From the NCBI GenBank assembly GCA_902492895.1, contig CABUNG010000008.1, positions 19,045 to 83,044 of the forward strand: a stretch of DNA of 64,000 nt. Reading direction: 5' to 3'. The first letter of the stretch is position 1. Each line of letters starts with the position of its first letter. The notes under the pieces were generated by a model. The model did not search any database. It was not told where the DNA came from and saw only the letters and a program-made list of their open reading frames with translations. Positions 39,662 to 49,716 of this stretch are shown one piece after another. The position numbers and the translations under genes were made by a program. This stretch comes from an uncultured Oscillospiraceae bacterium. GTDB taxonomy: Bacteria; Bacillota; Clostridia; Oscillospirales; Acutalibacteraceae.

Positions 39662-39996
39662 AGCCCGCGCCTCCTAGACTTGTCTCAAGACCTCTTTTCG
39701 AGTTCGAGTGTATTATATCACATGGTCACTTGAACTTCAACGCTTCGGTTCTGCCGAATTTTGCCAACCGGATATTTTTAGACGAGTTTATCTCTCCCGT
39801 TCTCTTTTAATCGCTTTGAATCTTCAAATATCTCGTTTTTTCATTTTATATCTCCTGCTTTTCTATTTAAGAGAGGCTTAAGATTTTTTGCCGCCGGTTT
39901 TGCGTCTTTTCTGGTACAATACAAGAAAATATGATACACTAACCCTGCAGACCGGCTACAGGCTGTAAAAATGCGGAAAAGGTGGCGTTGCTGAAA

Positions 39997-40707
39997 ATGA
40001 ATCAGACAATTTTGGTGTGTGACGACGACCGGGAAATTGCGGCGGCCGTGGATATCTATCTGACCGCTGAGGGATATACGGTTCTGCAGGCTCATGACGG
40101 TATGGAAGCGATCGACGCAGTGGAGAAACATCCGGAAATCGAGTTGATTCTCATGGACATCATGATGCCCCGCCTTGACGGCGTGCGGGCCACGATGAAA
40201 ATTCGGGAAACCCACCATATCCCCATTATTATGTTATCCGCAAAAGGGGAAGACAATGACAAAATTTTAGGGCTGAATATCGGCGCTGACGATTATATCA
40301 CCAAGCCCTTCAATCCGATGGAGCTGATCGCCAGAGTGCGCTCCCAGCTGCGCCGTTTTCACAATTTCGGGAGTGCGGATCACGCGGCCGAAGAGAACGC
40401 CTCCCGGTTTGTCAACGGCGGACTGGAACTGGATGACGGGGCCAAACGGGTGACAGTGGACGGCCAGGAGGTTTCTCTCACGCCTGTGGAATATAAAATC
40501 GTGAAATACCTTATGGAAAACCGGGGGCTGGTGTTCTCCAGTTCTCAGATTTATGAAAACGTATGGAACGAACCCTCCTACGGCGCGGATAACATTGTGG
40601 CGGTGCATATCCGCCACATCCGTGAAAAGATCGAAATCAATCCCAAGGAGCCGCGGTATATCAAAGTGATCTGGGGCCACGGGTATAAAATGGAGAAATT
40701 GTCATAA
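39997..40707 (+). CDS. OmpR-family response regulator.
   Basis: Receiver domain (DDD...D...K) plus a winged-helix trans_reg_C domain. The track ORF begins at an upstream GTG (39982). Confidence 0.85.
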   Translation: MNQTILVCDDDREIAAAVDIYLTAEGYTVLQAHDGMEAIDAVEKHPEIELILMDIMMPRLDGVRATMKIRETHHIPIIMLSAKGEDNDKILGLNIGADDYITKPFNPMELIARVRSQLRRFHNFGSADHAAEENASRFVNGGLELDDGAKRVTVDGQEVSLTPVEYKIVKYLMENRGLVFSSSQIYENVWNEPSYGADNIVAVHIRHIREKIEINPKEPRYIKVIWGHGYKMEKLS

Positions 40708-40727
40708 CACGAAAGGATGACCGCCCC

Positions 40728-42659
40728 ATGAAGCTGCGGGAGAGTCTGTTTGCCAAGCTGCTGGCCGTAGCCCTGATTCTGGTGCTGAGCGTTTTGGTGG
40801 GGTTCGGCGCCTACTTCAGTGTGAACCTGCTCACGTATAAGGAAGTCTATAAAGATTCGTATGTCGAGACGGCTGCATGCGAACAGCAGATGAAGAACAG
40901 CGCTTACGATGTCAGTGAATATTTCCGGCTGACGCTGCTGTCCCAGAAGCAGGAGCTGACTTACGAACAGCAGAACGAACTGGAATCGCTGCGGGAATCG
41001 GTTGGATTAAACGACAAGGGTAATTTTGTCTGGCAGATTCTCGACGTTACGGGAACTACGGTGCTCTCCAATATCGCGGACGACGGTGTCGCCCTGACGC
41101 AGCTGACCAACGGCCAATTCGGCCGATACAACTTCAACCTGCAGGAAACCGTGACCGAGGCCACAGGCAATTCCATCACCACCACGACCCGTTACCGGAT
41201 TCAGTATGGCCTGCGGGAGAAGCTGCCGTACAAGGATGCGTACAGCAAGTCCTCTACGGAATTTCAGTACAGCAAGCGCTGGCTGACGCCGGTGGTGATT
41301 TTATAGTGCACAGGCATCATCGCCATCCTGGTTCTCTACTGTTTTCTGGTCGCGGCCGCCGGACACAAGGCGGGAGAAGAGGGCGTTGTCCTCAATCCGT
41401 TCGACCGGATTTGGACGGAGATTCCCATCCTGCTCTTCGTCATCCTGCTTTTCATGGGCATCCTGTTCGTTTCGGAGGGTAGAAGCGGCTGGATCTTGTT
41501 TGTTATCGCCATGTTCGGCATCTGGGCGGTGACGTTCGGATTATCCCTTGTCCGCCGCGCAAAAGCGGGTATGCTGAACAAAACGAGTTTCTTTCATCTG
41601 ATCGTCAGAGGTGTCCGCGCCTTAAACCGCCACACCACCATCTTCTTCCGCACGATCTGTGTGATGGGGGCCTTTACGGTCGCGCAGCTGATCTTGTTTC
41701 TCTCTTCAAGCGGTATCGGCGTCCTCTTTCTGCTGATGATGAACATCAGCATCGGGATCGTCGGCGTCTGGACGGCCGTACAGTATGAAAAAATTCGTAA
41801 AGCGACCGAGCGGATGGCCGCAGGCGATCTGGAACAGACCATCGACGTGGGGTCGGTGCCCATCTTCTCCAAAATGGCCCGCAATCTCAACAGCACCCAG
41901 TCCGCGATTCAGATCGCCGTGCAAAAGGCGACCCGCAGCGAACGGATGAAAACCGAACTCATTACAAACGTATCCCATGACATCAAAACCCCGCTGACCT
42001 CCATTATCAGTTACGTCGGTCTGCTCAAATCCACATCCATTGCGGATCCGACGGCCCTCGAATACATTGATGTGCTGGAAAAGAAATCGAAACGTCTTGG
42101 TCAGCTGATGGCGGACCTCGTGGAAGCCTCCAAGGTGACCTCCGGAAACATTACAGTCAATCTGGAGCCCCTCAATATCAACGAACTCATCAAACAGGCC
42201 GGAGGCGAATTCGAAGCCCGTCTGGAGGAACGGCATATCCAGCTGCTGTGCCGGCTGCCCGAAGAGCCGGTTACCGTCGTGGCGGATGGACGCCATATGT
42301 GGAGGGTTCTCGATAATTTGTTCGGAAACGCGGTCAAATATGCACTGGACAATACACGTGTCTATGTGGATTTGCTGGATACCGAAAATGAAGCGCTGAT
42401 TTCCATCAAAAACATCTCCCGGGAAGCGCTCGGCATCCAGCCCGATGAGTTGATGGAGCGCTTTGTGCGCGGGGATTCCTCCCGTTACACCGAAGGCAGC
42501 GGACTCGGCCTGTCCATCGCCAAAAGCCTGATGGAACTTCAGCAGGGCACCATGAACATCCAGATCGACGGAGACCTCTTCAAGGTGGTGCTGTGCCTGC
42601 GGAAAGCCCCCACTCCCCCGCCCCCGGCCGAGCCTCCCGTCGTCATGTCGCCCGCTTGA
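40728..42659 (+). CDS. Sensor histidine kinase with an extracytoplasmic sensor domain, TM2, HAMP, HisKA and HATPase_c. The reading frame is interrupted by one in-frame TAG at 41304-41306, making it a possible pseudogene or read-through.
   Basis: ORFs 40728-41306 and 41454-42659 are in the same frame. Translating through the TAG gives a continuous 643-aa kinase (...RWLTPVVIL*CTGIIAILVLYCFLV...VSHDIKTPLTSI...). Confidence 0.6.
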
Positions 42660-42676
42660 TCCGCAATCCAGTGAAA

Positions 42677-42712
42677 AACGCGATGTCCTGCCGGACACCG
42701 CGTTTTTGTTTT
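42677..42712 (+). terminator. Rho-independent terminator after the histidine kinase.
   Basis: AACGCGAUGUCC-ugcc-GGACACCGCGUU followed by UUUUGUUUU. Confidence 0.7.
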
Positions 42713-42813
42713 ATGTATCTTAAATTCCAGGCCTTTTTATTGTTTTTCATCTTCCAGCCTAAAGGCTCCAACACATCGCAATAGGCAACAAGGATGTTTT
42801 TCAAATTGGACGT

Positions 42814-42854
42814 CAAAAACCCGCAAGAACACAGGTTTACTGCGCTCTTGCGGG
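42814..42854 (-). terminator. Rho-independent terminator after queA.
   Basis: Minus-strand stem CCCGCAAGA / UCUUGCGGG followed by UUUUUG. Confidence 0.7.
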
Positions 42855-42876
42855 TTCTCATCTCGTCTGTTTTCTC

Positions 42877-43902
42877 TCACACCACAAGCATGGCATCACC
42901 GAAGCTGTAAAAGCGGTATTTTTCCTGCACGGCATACCGATACGCTTCCATGGTGTGCATATAACCCGCAAAGGCACTCACCAGCATGATGAGGGTGCTT
43001 TCCGGCAGATGGAAATTCGTGATCAACCCGTCGAGCAGCTGGAACTCATAGCCCGGGTAAATGAAGATGCTCGTCCATCCGTCCGCGGGTTCCACGCGGC
43101 CATTTTTCAGCCCCACGCTTTCCAGAGTCCGGCAGCTGGTGGTGCCCACGCCGATAATCCGGCCGCCCCTCTCCCTCGTCCGGTTGAGGATATCCGCCGT
43201 CTCCGGCGAAAGCTCATAATGCTCGGCGTGCATCCGATGATCCGTAATGTTATCTACCTTTACAGGACGAAACGTACCAAGCCCCACATGCAGCGTGACG
43301 AACGCGACCTCCACCCCCTTCTCCCGAATTTTTTCGAGCAGCTCGGGGGTGAAATGCAGCCCCGCCGTGGGAGCGGCGGCGGAGCCGGGCTCCCTGGCAT
43401 ATACGGTTTGATAGCGTTCCTTGTCACGCAGCTGGGTTTTGATATAATGGGGCAAAGGCATCTGCCCCACCTGCTCGATTACCTGATAAAAATTGCCCTC
43501 ATAATGAAACTCTACCAGGCGGTTTCCCCCATCGAGGATCTCGAGTACCTCGGCTTCGAGCAGCCCTTCGCCGAACCGCAGCCGGTCTCCGGGTTTCGCC
43601 CGGCGGCCGGGTCCCGCCAGGACCTCCCACCGGTCGTTCCCTTTTGGAACGAGCAGCAGCAGCTCCACCGTTGCGCCCGTCCCGCATTTTTCGCCGTATA
43701 AGCGGGCCGGGAGCACCCGGCTGTCGTTGAGGACGAGGCAGTCGCCCTCCCGCAGATAGTCGAGAATGTCATAAAAATGCCGGTCTGTGAGCGCGCCCGT
43801 ACGGCGGTCCAGAACGAGCATACGGGAATGATCGCGCGGTTCGATGGGCTCCTGCGCGATGCGTTCCTCGGGAAGTTCATAAAAAAAGTCCTGTTTTTTC
43901 AT
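42877..43902 (-). CDS. queA: S-adenosylmethionine:tRNA ribosyltransferase-isomerase.
   Basis: 341 aa with full-length QueA similarity ([12 protein letters not shown]...). Confidence 0.9.
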   Translation of the reverse strand: MKKQDFFYELPEERIAQEPIEPRDHSRMLVLDRRTGALTDRHFYDILDYLREGDCLVLNDSRVLPARLYGEKCGTGATVELLLLVPKGNDRWEVLAGPGRRAKPGDRLRFGEGLLEAEVLEILDGGNRLVEFHYEGNFYQVIEQVGQMPLPHYIKTQLRDKERYQTVYAREPGSAAAPTAGLHFTPELLEKIREKGVEVAFVTLHVGLGTFRPVKVDNITDHRMHAEHYELSPETADILNRTRERGGRIIGVGTTSCRTLESVGLKNGRVEPADGWTSIFIYPGYEFQLLDGLITNFHLPESTLIMLVSAFAGYMHTMEAYRYAVQEKYRFYSFGDAMLVV

Positions 43903-43971
43903 GCCGTCAGCCTGTCTTTCCCGTAATTTTTACAGAATCTTGGAAATGTCTGCAACACTTTCGATTTCCGA

Positions 43972-44000
43972 TTGACAAGGAGAATAGCGAATGCTACAAT
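43972..44000 (+). promoter_or_regulatory. Sigma-A promoter TTGACA-17 nt-TACAAT driving the lysine riboswitch and the asd-dapA-dapB operon.
   Basis: gaTTGACAaggagaatagcgaatgcTACAATaag. Confidence 0.6.
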
Positions 44001-44027
44001 AAGAACACACACATGCCAAGTGAATAT

Positions 44028-44202
44028 ACTGAATAGAGGCGCGTCAGCACAAGAGTACCCCGCAGGAGACACCGGGTCGAAGAAAGCGGGGAAAAGGGTG
44101 CGACGCCGAAGGGCACCGGTCTCCGGCAGGCGGGTGTTCTGGCCTTACAGTTAAGAGCTGTGAGGTTGTCATCATGCTTTATGATGGAGCGCTATTCTCC
44201 GG
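44028..44202 (+). promoter_or_regulatory. Lysine riboswitch (L-box) aptamer.
   Basis: Conserved L-box blocks in order: AGAGGCGC ... AGUA ... GCCGAAGG ... CUGUGAGG ... UGGAGCGCUAUUCU (P1 closing). It sits upstream of the lysine/DAP pathway genes. Confidence 0.8.
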
Positions 44203-44253
44203 CGGCGGGTTTCCCCCTCGCGGGCGTCAATGCATCTATTATAAAGCTATGAC

Positions 44254-44277
44254 AACCGGTTTTCAACCGGTTTTTTT
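44254..44277 (+). terminator. Expression-platform terminator of the L-box.
   Basis: Self-complementary AACCGGUU-uuc-AACCGGUU followed by UUUUUUUC. Confidence 0.55.
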
Positions 44278-44391
44278 CATATTCAGACGCTGCGGGACAC
44301 CCGCCGCCAAAAGCCGGTTAGTTCACGTGGCATGCTGGGCCGCCCCTGCCGGGGACGAAGTATCCGCATTTTGCGGGAAGGAGTTTTTCCC

Positions 44392-45468
44392 ATGAAGAAG
44401 TATCGCGTCGGTATCATCGGCTGCACAGGCATGGTGGGGCAGCGGTTCGCCACCCTGCTCGCGGATCATCCGTGGTTTGAGATCACGGTTCTGGCTGCCA
44501 GCCCTCGTTCGGCCGGAAAACCGTACATAGAAGCCCTGGGCGGCCGCTGGGCGATGAAAGCGCCGCTTCCGGTTTCCCTGGAACAGATGATTGTGCAGGA
44601 TGCCTCTCAGGTGGAGGCGGTAGCCTCCCAGGCGGATTTCGTTTTTTGTGCGGTGGATATGCCGAAAGCGGAAATCCGTGCCCTTGAGGAAGCCTATGCG
44701 AAGGCCGAGTGCCCGGTGGTGTCCAACAACAGCGCCAACCGTTCGACGCCCGACGTGCCCATGATCATTCCCGAGCTTAATCCGGAACATGCGGCGGTCA
44801 TCCCCTTCCAGCGCAAACGCCTCGGCACCAAGCGCGGCTTTATCTCGGTCAAATCGAACTGCTCGCTGCAGAGCTATGTTCCCGCCCTCTTTCCCCTCTC
44901 CAAGTTCGGAGTCGAAAAGGCTTTGGTCTGCACCTACCAGGCGATTTCCGGCGCCGGCAAGACCTTTGAACGCTGGCCCGAGATGGTGGACAACGTCATC
45001 CCCTACATCGGCGGCGAGGAAGAAAAATCGGAGCAGGAGCCCCTGAAGATCTGGGGCAAGCTCGAAAACGGCGTCATTGTCCCCGCAAAGTCCCCTGCCT
45101 TTACAGCTCAGTGCCTGCGGGTACCGGTTTCGGACGGCCACTTTGCCGCGGTCTACTGCTCGTTCGCGAAAAGGCCCTCCAAGGACGAGATCCTCGAAAC
45201 CTGGGCTTCCTATAAAGGCCGGGCACAGGAGCTGGAACTGCCCAGCGCCCCTAAACAGTTCCTCCATTATTTCGAGGAGGACAGCATGCCCCAGACCCGC
45301 CTGCACCGCGACCTCGAGGGCGGCATGGCCATCTCCCTCGGCCGTCTGCGGGAGGATACGCAGTATGATTACAAGTTTGTCGGCCTCTCCCACAACACGC
45401 TGCGGGGCGCCGCTGGCGGCGCGGTCCTGATGGCCGAACTGCTGTGCGCCGAAGGATACATGGACTGA
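44392..45468 (+). CDS. asd: Aspartate-semialdehyde dehydrogenase.
   Basis: N-terminal GCTGMVGQRF Rossmann motif, active-site Cys (SNCS), 358 aa from MKKYRVGIIG. The track ORF starts 20 codons upstream. Confidence 0.9.
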   Translation: MKKYRVGIIGCTGMVGQRFATLLADHPWFEITVLAASPRSAGKPYIEALGGRWAMKAPLPVSLEQMIVQDASQVEAVASQADFVFCAVDMPKAEIRALEEAYAKAECPVVSNNSANRSTPDVPMIIPELNPEHAAVIPFQRKRLGTKRGFISVKSNCSLQSYVPALFPLSKFGVEKALVCTYQAISGAGKTFERWPEMVDNVIPYIGGEEEKSEQEPLKIWGKLENGVIVPAKSPAFTAQCLRVPVSDGHFAAVYCSFAKRPSKDEILETWASYKGRAQELELPSAPKQFLHYFEEDSMPQTRLHRDLEGGMAISLGRLREDTQYDYKFVGLSHNTLRGAAGGAVLMAELLCAEGYMD

Positions 45469-45500
45469 TATACGTCTTTTACAGAAAGTAGGGTTGCAGT

Positions 45501-46388
45501 ATGAGTAAGCAAACCATCTTTACCGGTTCGGGTGTGGCCATCATCACCCCCATGAACGCCGACGGCAGTGTCAACTATGATAAGTACCGCGAACTGGTGG
45601 AATGGCAGATCGAAAACGGTACAGACGCGATTATCGCGTGCGGCACCACGGGCGAATCCTCCACCCTCACCGATGAGGAACATATCGGCGTCATACGGGC
45701 CGCGATCGAACAGACCGCCGGCCGGGTACCGGTCATTTCGGGTACCGGTTCCAACGATACGGCCTACTGCATCGAACTGTCCAAGGAGGCGGAAAAGCTC
45801 GGGGCCGATGCCCTGCTGCTCGTGACCCCATATTACAACAAAACCTCCCAGCGCGGCTTGGTGGCCCATTATACAGCCGTAGCCGATGCCGTAAACCTGC
45901 CCATTCTGCTCTATAATGTCCCCTCCCGCACGGGTGTGGACATCAAGCCGGAAACCGTGGCGGCTCTCGCGAAGCATCCGAACATCGTGGCAGTCAAGGA
46001 GGCCAACGGCAACATCTCTTCCGCCGCGCAGGTCGCCGCTCTCTGCGACATCGACATCTATTCGGGCAACGACGACCAGATCGTCCCTCTCCTGTCTCTG
46101 GGCGGCAAGGGCGTCATTTCGGTCATGGCCAATATTGAACCCCGCCGCACCCACGACATCGTCGCCAAGTGGTTCGCCGGGGATGTGGAGGGCAGCCGGT
46201 CCCTGCAGCTCGAACTTCTTGAGCTGGCGAACGCCATGTTCATGGACGTCAATCCCATTCCGGTCAAGGAAGCCATGAACCTGATGGGAATGAACGTCGG
46301 CGAATGCCGCTTGCCGCTGTGCGGCATGGACGACGCGGCGAAGGCCAAGCTCGCCGCCGTGCTGCGGAAATATCAGCTCATGAAGTGA
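45501..46388 (+). CDS. dapA: 4-hydroxy-tetrahydrodipicolinate synthase.
   Basis: TIM-barrel DHDPS motifs (GTTGES, active-site K in VKEA). Confidence 0.9.
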   Translation: MSKQTIFTGSGVAIITPMNADGSVNYDKYRELVEWQIENGTDAIIACGTTGESSTLTDEEHIGVIRAAIEQTAGRVPVISGTGSNDTAYCIELSKEAEKLGADALLLVTPYYNKTSQRGLVAHYTAVADAVNLPILLYNVPSRTGVDIKPETVAALAKHPNIVAVKEANGNISSAAQVAALCDIDIYSGNDDQIVPLLSLGGKGVISVMANIEPRRTHDIVAKWFAGDVEGSRSLQLELLELANAMFMDVNPIPVKEAMNLMGMNVGECRLPLCGMDDAAKAKLAAVLRKYQLMK

Positions 46389-46437
46389 GGCCCCTGTGTC
46401 TGGGAACGCGGAGCTGTAACAGAAAGGAAGTCCCTCT

Positions 46438-47193
46438 ATGGTTCGACTGATTCTCAGCGGCTGCAACGGCAGAATGGGGCATGTCATCACCGCCTGCGCC
46501 GCCGAACGATGCGACTGCACCATCGTCGCCGGTTTCGACATCAATACCGAAAGCCATGCGGGCTACCCAGTCTATGCGAATCCGGCCAACTGCAGCATGG
46601 AAGCCGATGTCATCATCGATTTTTCTCATCCATCCGCTCTGGCGGGTGTGCTCGCCTATGCGCTGGATAAGCGTCTTCCCCTCGTCGTCGCAACCACCGG
46701 GCTCAGCGAGGATCAGATCCTGTCGCTCAAGGAAGCGTCGGCCAAAATTCCGGTCTTTTTCAGTGCCAATATGTCCATGGGGGTCAGCCTCATAATGGAT
46801 CTGGCGAAAAAAGCCGCGTCGATTCTAGGAAACGATTTTGACGTCGAGATCCTGGAAAAACATCATAACCAGAAGGTAGATGCCCCGTCCGGCACCGCCC
46901 TGATGCTGGCCGACGCGGTCTCCGAAGGACTGGATTATACACCGCAGTATATCTACGACCGGCACGACATGCACCAGAAGCGGGCCAAAGCCGAGATCGG
47001 CTTCTCCTCTATCCGCGGCGGCACCATCGTCGGAGAACATGAGGTGATTTTCGCCGGGCACGACGAAATCGTCACCATCACCCACACCGCCATGTCCAAG
47101 GAGATTTTTGCCGTCGGGGCCCTCAATGCCGCGCTCTTCCTGGCGGGGCAGCCGGCCGGATTCTACAATATGAAGGACTTTATCGGGCAGTGA
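46438..47193 (+). CDS. dapB: 4-hydroxy-tetrahydrodipicolinate reductase.
   Basis: 251 aa with an N-terminal Rossmann GCNGRMG and DapB C-terminal domain. Confidence 0.9.
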   Translation: MVRLILSGCNGRMGHVITACAAERCDCTIVAGFDINTESHAGYPVYANPANCSMEADVIIDFSHPSALAGVLAYALDKRLPLVVATTGLSEDQILSLKEASAKIPVFFSANMSMGVSLIMDLAKKAASILGNDFDVEILEKHHNQKVDAPSGTALMLADAVSEGLDYTPQYIYDRHDMHQKRAKAEIGFSSIRGGTIVGEHEVIFAGHDEIVTITHTAMSKEIFAVGALNAALFLAGQPAGFYNMKDFIGQ

Positions 47194-47266
47194 GGCAAAG
47201 GCATCCGGATGTCCGAAAGGCTATTCCCTTTACAATCCGAATGGACGGAAACGACTGCTATATTTG

Positions 47267-47304
47267 AAAACGGCTCTGTGGAAAAATCCACAGAGCCGTT
47301 TTTC
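47267..47304. terminator. Bidirectional rho-independent terminator (dapB / FAD oxidoreductase).
   Basis: CGGCUCUGUGG-aaaaau-CCACAGAGCCG flanked by A- and U-tracts. Confidence 0.75.
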
Positions 47305-47331
47305 TATAGGCTGTGCTGAATAAGAAAGTAT

Positions 47332-48582
47332 TTATCGTTTGATCCGCCATTCCCGATGCGGAGAGAACAGGCCGAGCTCGTGGTCGTCGATCCCCTGATA
47401 CTGCTGGAGCAGAAGGCGGCTGGCCGCCTCGGCATAAAGGATGCCGTTGTCCCCGCAGCACATAGCGTACGCGATTTGGCTGCTTTCGGGCAGACGCCCG
47501 ATGACGGGCAGGTGATCCTTTGTCGTACCGTCCTTGGCCGCAAACACGTATTCGACCGTGATGTTGTGGATGGCCGGGAACATATCCCGCAGAATAAAGC
47601 CCAGGGAATCGAAACGTTTTTCGACGGCCGGCGTCATGTCGATCAGACCGGCCAGACGTCCCTTCTCATCCATATAGGCGCTGTCCAGTCCGCCGATGAG
47701 AATCCGGTTGTCGGCCGTCACGCTCAAATAGAGGCGGGGGTCCTCCTCCCGATGGATGACGCAGGGGCCGCGCCACCCGGCAAACTCCCCGACCGGCTCG
47801 GTCAGGGCCATATAGGTGGTGCGCACCTCGTCGAGTCCGCCGCAATGATGGCTGACATCGAGTCCCGTAGCCATCACCACATAGCGGGCCGACACCGTAT
47901 GGCCGGTGCTGCACTCGACGAGGATCTCCCCTTCTTCGGTCTGCTCCACGGTTTCCGCTCCGGTATTTTCAAAAATCCGGGCCCCTTTCTTGGCAGCCAT
48001 TCCGGCCAGCCCATGCACCATGCGATAGGGATCGACCTGCGCCGCGGTGTTTTTCGTGTATACACCCGCAGAGATCGGGAAGGTAAACTGCTCACTCGCG
48101 GTATCGGCATCCAGAAATTCGACTTGCATTCCGTTGTGCAGACGCAGGGAATATTCGCGGCGAAGGAGGGCGCTCCCCGTCTCTTCTGCCGTATACCGCA
48201 GAGAATCCATCCGACGGAACCCGCAGTCGTTTTCAAAGGAACCGCAGAGCTTTTCGACGTTGTCAAGAGATTCGGCCAGCAGATGCGCCGCGGTCATGGC
48301 GCGCTCGGGTCCGATTTTTTCGGACAGATCGGACAGGGTTTCCTCTCCCGACAGAGTCATCATCCCGGACGATACGGCGGTGCCGCCGTACCCGAGCGGG
48401 GAATCGCTGAGCAGCACGGTATCGATTCCCGCCTCCGCAAACCGCATGGTCACCATAGCGGCGGCAATGCCGCCGCCTACCACGGCCACCTCGCAGTCGA
48501 TATCCTCATCGAGCCAGCGATATTGGGTGGGCGCGGGAGTCAAAGAGGTCCACGCGGACGCGTGAACGGTATTTTTAATCAT
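47332..48582 (-). CDS. FAD-dependent oxidoreductase (DAO family). Substrate unknown.
   Basis: N-terminal VAVVGGGIAA dinucleotide-binding motif. 416 aa. Confidence 0.7.
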   Translation of the reverse strand: MIKNTVHASAWTSLTPAPTQYRWLDEDIDCEVAVVGGGIAAAMVTMRFAEAGIDTVLLSDSPLGYGGTAVSSGMMTLSGEETLSDLSEKIGPERAMTAAHLLAESLDNVEKLCGSFENDCGFRRMDSLRYTAEETGSALLRREYSLRLHNGMQVEFLDADTASEQFTFPISAGVYTKNTAAQVDPYRMVHGLAGMAAKKGARIFENTGAETVEQTEEGEILVECSTGHTVSARYVVMATGLDVSHHCGGLDEVRTTYMALTEPVGEFAGWRGPCVIHREEDPRLYLSVTADNRILIGGLDSAYMDEKGRLAGLIDMTPAVEKRFDSLGFILRDMFPAIHNITVEYVFAAKDGTTKDHLPVIGRLPESSQIAYAMCCGDNGILYAEAASRLLLQQYQGIDDHELGLFSPHREWRIKR

Positions 48583-48681
48583 GGGCGTTTCTTCCTCTCT
48601 GCTTTTTTTATAGTGTGCGACGCCCCGTCAAAAATATGTACCGAACTTGCGGGATGACTCGGAATTTTCGCATGTCCATCG

Positions 48682-48710
48682 TTGCGAAGCGGCAGAAAAT
48701 ACGGTATACT
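48682..48710 (+). promoter_or_regulatory. Candidate promoter for mscS: TTGCGA-17 nt-TATACT.
   Basis: gTTGCGAagcggcagaaaatacggTATACTtt, about 45 nt before the mscS ATG. Confidence 0.4.
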
Positions 48711-48754
48711 TTTGAATAACGGCGCCACCCCAAACAAAGAAAGGATGACATTCT

Positions 48755-49594
48755 ATGGATACCTTCATGGAGGCCATGTCCGCATTTTGGGCAAAATTTC
48801 TCGCCTTCCTCCCCAGCCTTCTGTCTGTCGTGATCATTCTAGTGCTTGCTTTTATTGTGACAAAGGTAGCCGAAGGACCGATTGCGGCCATGCTCAGACG
48901 GAGTAAAATCGACATTGACGAGGTGGCTGTCAAATATGTCAACCGTGTCGTCAAAATCGTCATCTGGTTCATCGCCGTGATCATGGTCATGGATAAGCTC
49001 GGGATCCCGGTCGGCAGCCTGCTGACCATGCTGGCCGCCATCGGTGCGGCCGTGGCCCTGGCGATCAAAGACAATCTCGCCAACCTGGCCTCGGGTGTCG
49101 TGCTGCTCTTTACCAAACCTTTTAAAGCCGGGGACTATATCGAGGTGGACAATGCGTCCGGTTCAATCAAGGAAATCGAAATCATGCACACCTATCTGGA
49201 CACGCCCGGCCATACGTTAGTGGCCATTCCCAACACCAAAATGATGACCGCGACCATCATCAATTATTCCATGTACGATACCCGGCGTCAGGACCTGCTG
49301 TTTTCCATCGGCTACGAAGACGATCTTCTGGCCGCCAAAGCGCTGCTGCAGGAACTCGCCCAGGCGCATCCCCTGGTTTTGAAGGATCCGGCCCCCTGCG
49401 TCATGGTGAACGAACACGGCTCTTCGGCGGTCGTGCTCCTTCTGCGCGTCTGGTGCCAGAACAGCGATTACTGGGATCTGCGGTACGATCTGATCGAGAA
49501 AGTCAAGCTCGCCTTTGATCAGAAGGGCATCACGATCCCTTACAATCAGCTCGAGGTGCACCTGCCGGTTCCGTCCGGTAAGGAAGATGTATAA
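48755..49594 (+). CDS. mscS: Small-conductance mechanosensitive channel (MscS family).
   Basis: Three N-terminal TM helices plus the MscS beta/alpha-beta domains. Confidence 0.8.
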   Translation: MDTFMEAMSAFWAKFLAFLPSLLSVVIILVLAFIVTKVAEGPIAAMLRRSKIDIDEVAVKYVNRVVKIVIWFIAVIMVMDKLGIPVGSLLTMLAAIGAAVALAIKDNLANLASGVVLLFTKPFKAGDYIEVDNASGSIKEIEIMHTYLDTPGHTLVAIPNTKMMTATIINYSMYDTRRQDLLFSIGYEDDLLAAKALLQELAQAHPLVLKDPAPCVMVNEHGSSAVVLLLRVWCQNSDYWDLRYDLIEKVKLAFDQKGITIPYNQLEVHLPVPSGKEDV

Positions 49595-49667
49595 AAATGA
49601 GGAGCCGCTTTATTCCTCCGATGATACGGAATAGACAGCGTACCCGACCAGAATATGTCAAAACAGC

Positions 49668-49710
49668 AAAGCGCCGCATGAACCATCTGGTTCATGCGGC
49701 GCTTTTGTCG
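49668..49710. terminator. Bidirectional terminator between mscS and clpC.
   Basis: AAAGCGCCGCAUGAACC-aucug-GGUUCAUGCGGCGCUUU. Confidence 0.7.
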
Positions 49711-49716
49711 GCGGAA

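Noticed and set aside
41304-41306. In-frame TAG as pyrrolysine or another recoded amino acid.
   Set aside because: TAG is used as an ordinary stop elsewhere in the window (for example dxr), and no pylTSBCD-like genes are visible. A nonsense mutation or read-through is more parsimonious, though this remains unresolved.
44174-44395. Small plus-strand ORFs (43972-44154 and 44174-44395) in the asd leader.
   Set aside because: They lie within the lysine riboswitch and its expression platform, with no RBS and no coding signal.
47228-47335. 35-codon ORF (MSERLFPLQSEWTETTAIFENGSVEKSTEPFFYRLC) between dapB and the FAD oxidoreductase.
   Set aside because: Weak RBS, and it reads through a bidirectional terminator hairpin, so it is likely a chance frame.
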